In this document: positions 58,401 through 64,000 of the stretch, piece by piece
How the letters are laid out: each line of letters starts with the position of its first letter
Position numbering within the stretch: the stretch's first letter is position 1
Origin: Macrostomum lignano
Lineage: Eukaryota
Assembly (NCBI GenBank): GCA_002269645.1
Contig: NIVC01000038.1
Coordinates: 372,001-436,000 of the forward strand
DNA length: 64,000 bases
Direction of reading: 5' to 3'
The notes under the pieces: generated by a model
What the model saw: only the letters and a program-made list of their open reading frames with translations
Databases searched by the model: none
Told to the model about the DNA's origin: nothing
Position numbers and translations under genes: made by a program

Positions 58401-59587
58401 CTCAGTGTCTGTCTTAGTGTCTGTCTTAGTGTCTGTCTCAGTGTCTGTCTCAGTGTCTGTCTTAGTGTCTGTCTCAGTGTCTGTCTCAGTGTCTGTCTCA
58501 GTGTCTATCCCAGTGTCTGTCTTAGTGTCTGTCACAGTGTCTTCTGTCTCAGTGTCTGTCTCAGTGTCTGTCTTAGTGTCTGTCTCAGTGTCTGTCTCAG
58601 TGTCTGTCTTAGTGTCTGTCCCAGTGTCTGTCTTAGTGTCTGTCTTAGTGTCTGTCTCAGTGTCTGTCCCAGTGTCTGTCTCAGTGTGTGTCTCAGTGTG
58701 TGTCTCAGTGTCTGTCTTAGTGTGTGTCTTAGTGTCTGTCTTAGTGTCTGTCTCAGTGTCTGTCCCAGTGTCTGTCCCAGTGTCTGTCTCAGTGTCTGTC
58801 CCAGTGTCTGTCTCAGTGTGTGTCTCAGTGTGTGTCTCAGTGTCTGTCTTAGTGTCTGTCTTAGTGTCTGTCTCAGTGTCTGTCTCAGTGTCTGTCTTAG
58901 TGTCTGTCTCAGTGTCTGTCTCAGTGTCTGTCTCAGTGTCTATCCCAGTGTCTGTCTTAGTGTCTGTCACAGTGTCTTCTGTCTCAGTGTCTGTCTCAGT
59001 GTCTGTCTTAGTGTCTGTCTCAGTGTCTGTCTTAGTGTCTGTCCCAGTGTCTGTCTTAGTGTCTGTCTTAGTGTCTGTCTCAGTGTCTGTCCCAGTGTCT
59101 GTCTCAGTGTGTGTCTCAGTGTGTGTCTCAGTGTCTGTCTTAGTGTCTGTCTTAGTGTCTGTCTTAGTGTCTGTCTCAGTGTCTGTCCCAGTGTCTGTCC
59201 CAGTGTCTGTCTCAGTGTCTGTCCCAGTGTCTGTCTCAGTGTCTGTCCCAGTGTCTGTCTCAGTGTCTGTCCCAGTGTCTGTCTCAGTGTCTGTCCCAGT
59301 GTCTGTCTCAGTGTCTGTCCCAGTGTCTGTCTTAGTGTCTGTCTCAGTGTCTGTCTTAGTGTCTGTCTCAGTGTCTGTCTCAGTGTCTGTCTCAGTGTCT
59401 GTCTTAGTGTCTGTCTCAGTGTGTGTCCCAGTGTCTGTCCCAGTGTCTGTCCTAGTGTCTGTCTCAGTGTGTGTCCCAGTGTCTGTCCCAGTGTCTGTCC
59501 TAGTGTCTGTCCCAGTGTCTGTCCCAGTGTCTGTCCTAGTGTCTGTCCCAGTGTCTGTCTTAGTGTCTGTCTTAGTGTCTGTCTCAG
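52495..59587 (+). repeat. Giant 12-bp satellite, ~7.1 kb (~590 units)
   Basis: Unit cagtgtctgtct with variants ...gtcc, tagtg..., cagtgtcaatcc, cagtgtgtgtct and a 15-bp variant. Confidence 0.97.
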
Positions 59588-60387
59588 AGCTGTCGCCAAG
59601 ATCAATAATCACAAAACAAGGAAAAACAACCAAGTTGAAAAGCAACAATATTCAAAATATATAATGAAAAATCGGCAGCATAAGTTGCGCCTGCATTGCA
59701 TGAAGAAACCAGCTATTGATGGCAGTCATTCGTTGATCATAAATTGTGCAATAAATCAATAAGAATAAAGTTCAATTTATAATCGCATCATTAGCAAAGC
59801 AGATGAATTTTGTGCTTATTAGGAGATTTATATAATAAAAGGATGAAAAGCAAGTGCACAGAGAACTTTAAAAAATTCCTACCGTACTAAACTAGCCGGC
59901 ATTGTGAATTGGACAAAAAAATAAAATGATTTAAAACTTTATTAAGGCAAAAAGCATGTTAATGTGACCAGCCGTTCTTCAGCTGACTAGATCGTCAATG
60001 AGTAGAGATTGCAAGCGAAAATTTTAATGAAATTTGTAAACAAAAGCTTAGACTAGCGAGTTAAAGTGAAGCAATAAAAAAATTAACTAATTAATCAATT
60101 AGGAAAATTTCGATGTTAAAATTAAAATTTAGCATTTTGCTGCAAGTAGAACAGGGTTAACTTTTGAAAAAAGACGTCATAACAAGTTTGAGATCAGAAG
60201 GTGCAACTGCATAACAAGCGGCAGTGAAAAATAATAATAGAGATCTTTATCTTTATAATTTCTAATTATAATATTTGATGTATCAACTTCATATGATCTG
60301 TTATTCGCGGCTTTATAATGAAAGACTTTGGTCAACACATCTCTATGAAGCATAATCTCTATGAGTTAACTCAGAAATTATCGACAA

Positions 60388-61752
60388 TCAGGTGTACACA
60401 CTGACCTGACCCCTAAAATATTCTCTACCCCCAGGTGTACACACCTGACCCCAAAATATTCTCTACCCCAGGTGTACACACCTGACCCCCAAAATATTCT
60501 CTACCCCAGGTGTACACACTGACCTGACCCCCAAAATATTCTCTACCCCCAGGTGTACACACCTGACCCCAAAATATTCTCTACCCCAGGTGTACACACC
60601 TGACCCCTAAAATATTCTCTACCCCCAGGTGTACACACCTGACCCCCAAAATATTCTCTACCCCCAGGTGTACACACCTGACCCCCAAAATATTCTCTAC
60701 CCCAGGTGTACACACCTGACCCCCAAAATATTCTATACCCCCAGGTGTACACACCTGACCTCCGAAATATTCTCTACCCCCAGGTGTACACACCTGACCT
60801 CCGAAATATTCTCTACCCCCAGGTGTACACACCTGACCCCAAAATATTCTCTACCCCCAGGTGTACATATTTGACCTCCGAAATATTCTCTACCCCCAGG
60901 TGTACACACCTGACCCCAAAATATTCTTTACCCCAGGTGTACACACCTGAGCCCCAAAATATTCTCTAACCCCAGGTGTACACACCTGACCCTCGAAATA
61001 TTCTCTACCCCCAGGTGTACACACCTGACCCCCGAAATATTCTCTACCCCCAGGTGTACACACCTGACCCTCGAAATATTCTCTACCCCCAGGTGTACAC
61101 ACCTGACCCCAAAATATTCTCTACCCCCAGGTGTACATACCTGACCTTCAAAATATTCTCTACCCCCAGGTGTACACACCTGACCCCAAAATATTCTCTA
61201 CCCCCAGGTGTACATACCTGACCCCCAAAATATTCTCTACCCCAGGTGTACACACCTGACCCCCGAAATATTCTCTACCCCCAGGTGTACACACCTGACC
61301 CCCAAAATATTCTATACCCCCAGGTGTACACACCTGACCCCAAAATATTCTCTACCCCAGGTGTACACACCTGACCCCAAAATACTCTCTACCCCCAGGT
61401 GTACACACCTGACCTTCAAAATATTCTCTACCCCCAGGTGTACACACCTGACCTTCAAAATATTCTCTACCCCCAGGTGTACATACCTGACCTTCAAAAT
61501 ATTCTCTACCCCCAGGTGTACACACCTGACCCCAAAATACTCTCTACCCCCAGGTGTACACACCTGACCCCAAAATATTCTCTACCCCCAGGTATACATA
61601 CTTGACCTCCGAAATATTCTCTACCCCCAGGTGTACACAACTGACCCCCAAAATATTCTCTACCCCCAGGTGTACACACCTGACCTGATCCCAAAATATT
61701 CTCTACCCCAGGTGTACACACCTGACCTCCGAAATATTCTCTACCCCCAGGT
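60388..61752. repeat. ~40-bp minisatellite with internal palindrome (~34 copies)
   Basis: Unit caggtgtacacacctgacccccaaaatattctctacccc. Confidence 0.95.
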
Positions 61753-62159
61753 GTGTGTTTATAACTCATTTACTATACGTATAGAAAAGCAAAATATGGA
61801 AGTAAAATAAGTGCCGACTGAGAAGCAATACAAGCAACAGTGGCCCGTGTTAGCTACAAACATCAAGTAAAAAAGTAACAGAGCTAGCTGTCAGTCAAGT
61901 GCAATCAATTGATACCTAGATATGAATAGAGATTGGTTCAATTCAATTAGCTAATGCCAAGGAAGCAACGCGGTGCGGTTCAATAATACGGTTAAAATTT
62001 GATAGAAATTACACGGTTGTGTTAAAGGAACAGAATCAATACTTGCTGTAGCAGTGAAGCAGCCATTTTAGCTTACATAATAATTTGCAAGCACTAAGAA
62101 ATAATTGAAAGCTTCATTTTCGCTTAGGCATGAACTGAGAAGTGCTAGGAAAGTTGAAA

Positions 62160-62630
62160 GGAAAATTGTGGGGAATGAGAAAGGGAAATAAGAGGGGGAA
62201 TGAGAGGGGGAATGAGAGGGGCAATAAAAGGGGGAATGAGAGGGGGAATGAGAGGGGCAATAAAAGGGGGAATGAGAGGGGGAATGAGAGGGGCAATAAA
62301 AGGGGAATAAGAGGGGGAATGAGAGAGCAATAAAACAGGGAATGAGAGGGGGAATGAGAGGGGCAATAAGAGGGAATGAGAGGGGGAATGAGACGGGGAA
62401 TGAGAGGGGCCATAAAAGGGGGAATAAGAGGGGGAATGAGAGGGGCAATAAAAGGGGGAATGAGAGGGGGGATAAGAGGGGCAATAAGAGGGGAATGGGA
62501 GGGAGGATGAGAGAGGAAGAGAGGAAGAGAGGGGAATGAGAGGGGAATGAGAGGGGAAATGAGGGGGGGGAAATGAGGGGGGAATGAGAGGGGAAATGAG
62601 GGGGGAATGAGAGGGGAAATGAGGCAAATA
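62160..62630. repeat. GA-rich repeat
   Basis: gagagggggaat / gagaggggcaataaaagggg units. Confidence 0.9.
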
Positions 62631-62654
62631 AGAAATACCACTCAATTCACCAAA

Positions 62655-63135
62655 TCAGCTGAGCTGGTCACTCGAAGAGCCGGCAGCCTCAGCTCCAGCA
62701 GAATCTCTTGACGCCACCACCAGAGCGGATTCAACAAAGCTCACAGGTTGCGAATACTTCGGCACTGTCGACGGCTCAGCATCCGATTTTATGCCGGCGA
62801 CAGCCTCATCAGAATCCAGCTCAGCCTCGGCTGCCTCGTCCACAGGCTCGTACACCACAGACAGCGGATGCGACGAAGTGAAGGGATCCGGGTAGCTGCC
62901 TCGGCTGCTGGACTCCGATCGCTTGCTGCCGAGATTTGCCGAATTTCTCAGCTGCACAACAGCCGGGGTCAGCTCGCCGCTGGCTGTGTAGGCGTCGATG
63001 TCCAAAACGGTGCTGCACTCTGCGCCAGAAGCTTCCTCATCGCCGTCGGCGAACGGTCGCGATTCGGCGTCGTCTGTGGCCTCGCCCGGGCCGGGCCGGT
63101 AGATGCTGTCCAAGCTGCCGGAGTCGCCGAAACGA
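62655..63135 (-). CDS. Orphan coding exon (acidic, Ser/Ala-rich, low complexity) of a gene starting beyond the window
   Basis: Acceptor tttatttcAG at 63136-63138; GC-rich open frame RFGDSGSLDSIY...SSDQLS* between AT- or repeat-rich flanks. Confidence 0.55.
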
Positions 63136-63269
63136 CTGAAATAAAAAATAATTGTGGAAAATGTGTTTGAATTACACTACTCATGTAAGTAGAAACTCAG
63201 AACATTGTTAGATTTTTTAATATTTTAAATAAAAATTCATATTTTTTTAAAAATTTATTGGGGAGGCGC

Positions 63270-63930
63270 AAATAATCCCAGAGGAGATTTTTATTGGGGG
63301 GAGATAAATCCCAGGGAAGATTTTTACGGGGGGAGACAATCCTAGGGGGATTTTTTTGGGGAGGGGGAGATAATCCCAGGGGAGATTATTATTGGGGGGG
63401 GGGAGATAATCCCAGGGGACATTATTTTGGGAGGGGGAATCACAGGGAAGATTTTTATTGGGGGAGATTATCCCAGGGAGATTTTGGGGGGGGATAATCA
63501 CATGGGAGATTTTTATTGGGGGGAAATAATCCCAAGGGAGATTTTTATAGCAGAAGATTACCCAAGGGGCGATTTTTACTGGGAGAGGATTATCCTAGGG
63601 GCGATTTTTGGGGGGGAGATAATCCCAGGGAAGATTTTTACGGGGGGGGAGACAATCCTAGGGGGATTTTTGGGGGGGAGATAATCCCAGGGAAGATAAT
63701 TATTGGGGGGAGATAATCCCTAGGGACATTATTTTTGGGGGATCCTAGGGGAGATTTTTATTGGGGGAGATTATCCCAGGGAGATTTTTTGGGGGGATAA
63801 TCACATGGTAGATTTTTATTAGGGCAGATAATCCCAGGGAAGATTTTTATTGCAGAAGATTACCCAAGGGGCGATTTTTACTGGGAGAGGATTATCCTAG
63901 GGGCGATTTTTTGGGGGGAGGGGAGATAAT
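63270..63930. repeat. G-run-rich ~32-bp minisatellite
   Basis: Unit similar to gggggagataatcccagggaagatttttatt. Confidence 0.88.
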
Positions 63931-64000
63931 CCACCTGCCTAAATCGATGTGCGGCAATTCCAATTTAGATTTCACCAGTGACAGTTTCGCTTACTTCTGA

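Noticed and set aside
52405-59762. Very long + strand ORFs (VSVS..., CLSV..., up to 1641 aa) and minus LRQT frames
   Set aside because: Translations of a 12-bp satellite that lacks stops by composition; no splice or compositional support. Only the minus TDT frame is kept as a hypothesis.

Overview
Eukaryotic (metazoan) genomic DNA, not prokaryotic: spliceosomal GT-AG introns, GC-rich exons and introns packed with minisatellites. The overall style resembles the flatworm Macrostomum, but that is inference only. Bases 1-20 kb are mostly a transposon graveyard. A decayed Ty3/gypsy element keeps its 5' LTR and PBS. A second gypsy element was split by a piggyBac-type DNA transposon (TTAA target), which in turn contains a near full-length LOA/R1-group LINE. 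A 115-bp MITE is present twice, each copy with a 4-bp TSD. Embedded among these is an intact 885-codon ORF with 20 near-identical 33-aa ankyrin repeats. Bases 24-35 kb hold a complete 18-exon ARMC3 orthologue on the minus strand (884 aa; all exon phases reconcile by hand), most of whose introns carry a tandem array. Bases 40-48.6 kb hold a divergently oriented 3-exon, 7-cadherin-repeat protocadherin ending in a PDZ-binding motif. Bases 49-64 kb are satellites, including a 7-kb 12-bp array, plus one orphan exon. Most long ORFs in the supplied track between 28-34 kb and 44-63 kb are repeat artefacts. No CRISPR, rRNA or confident tRNA gene was seen.
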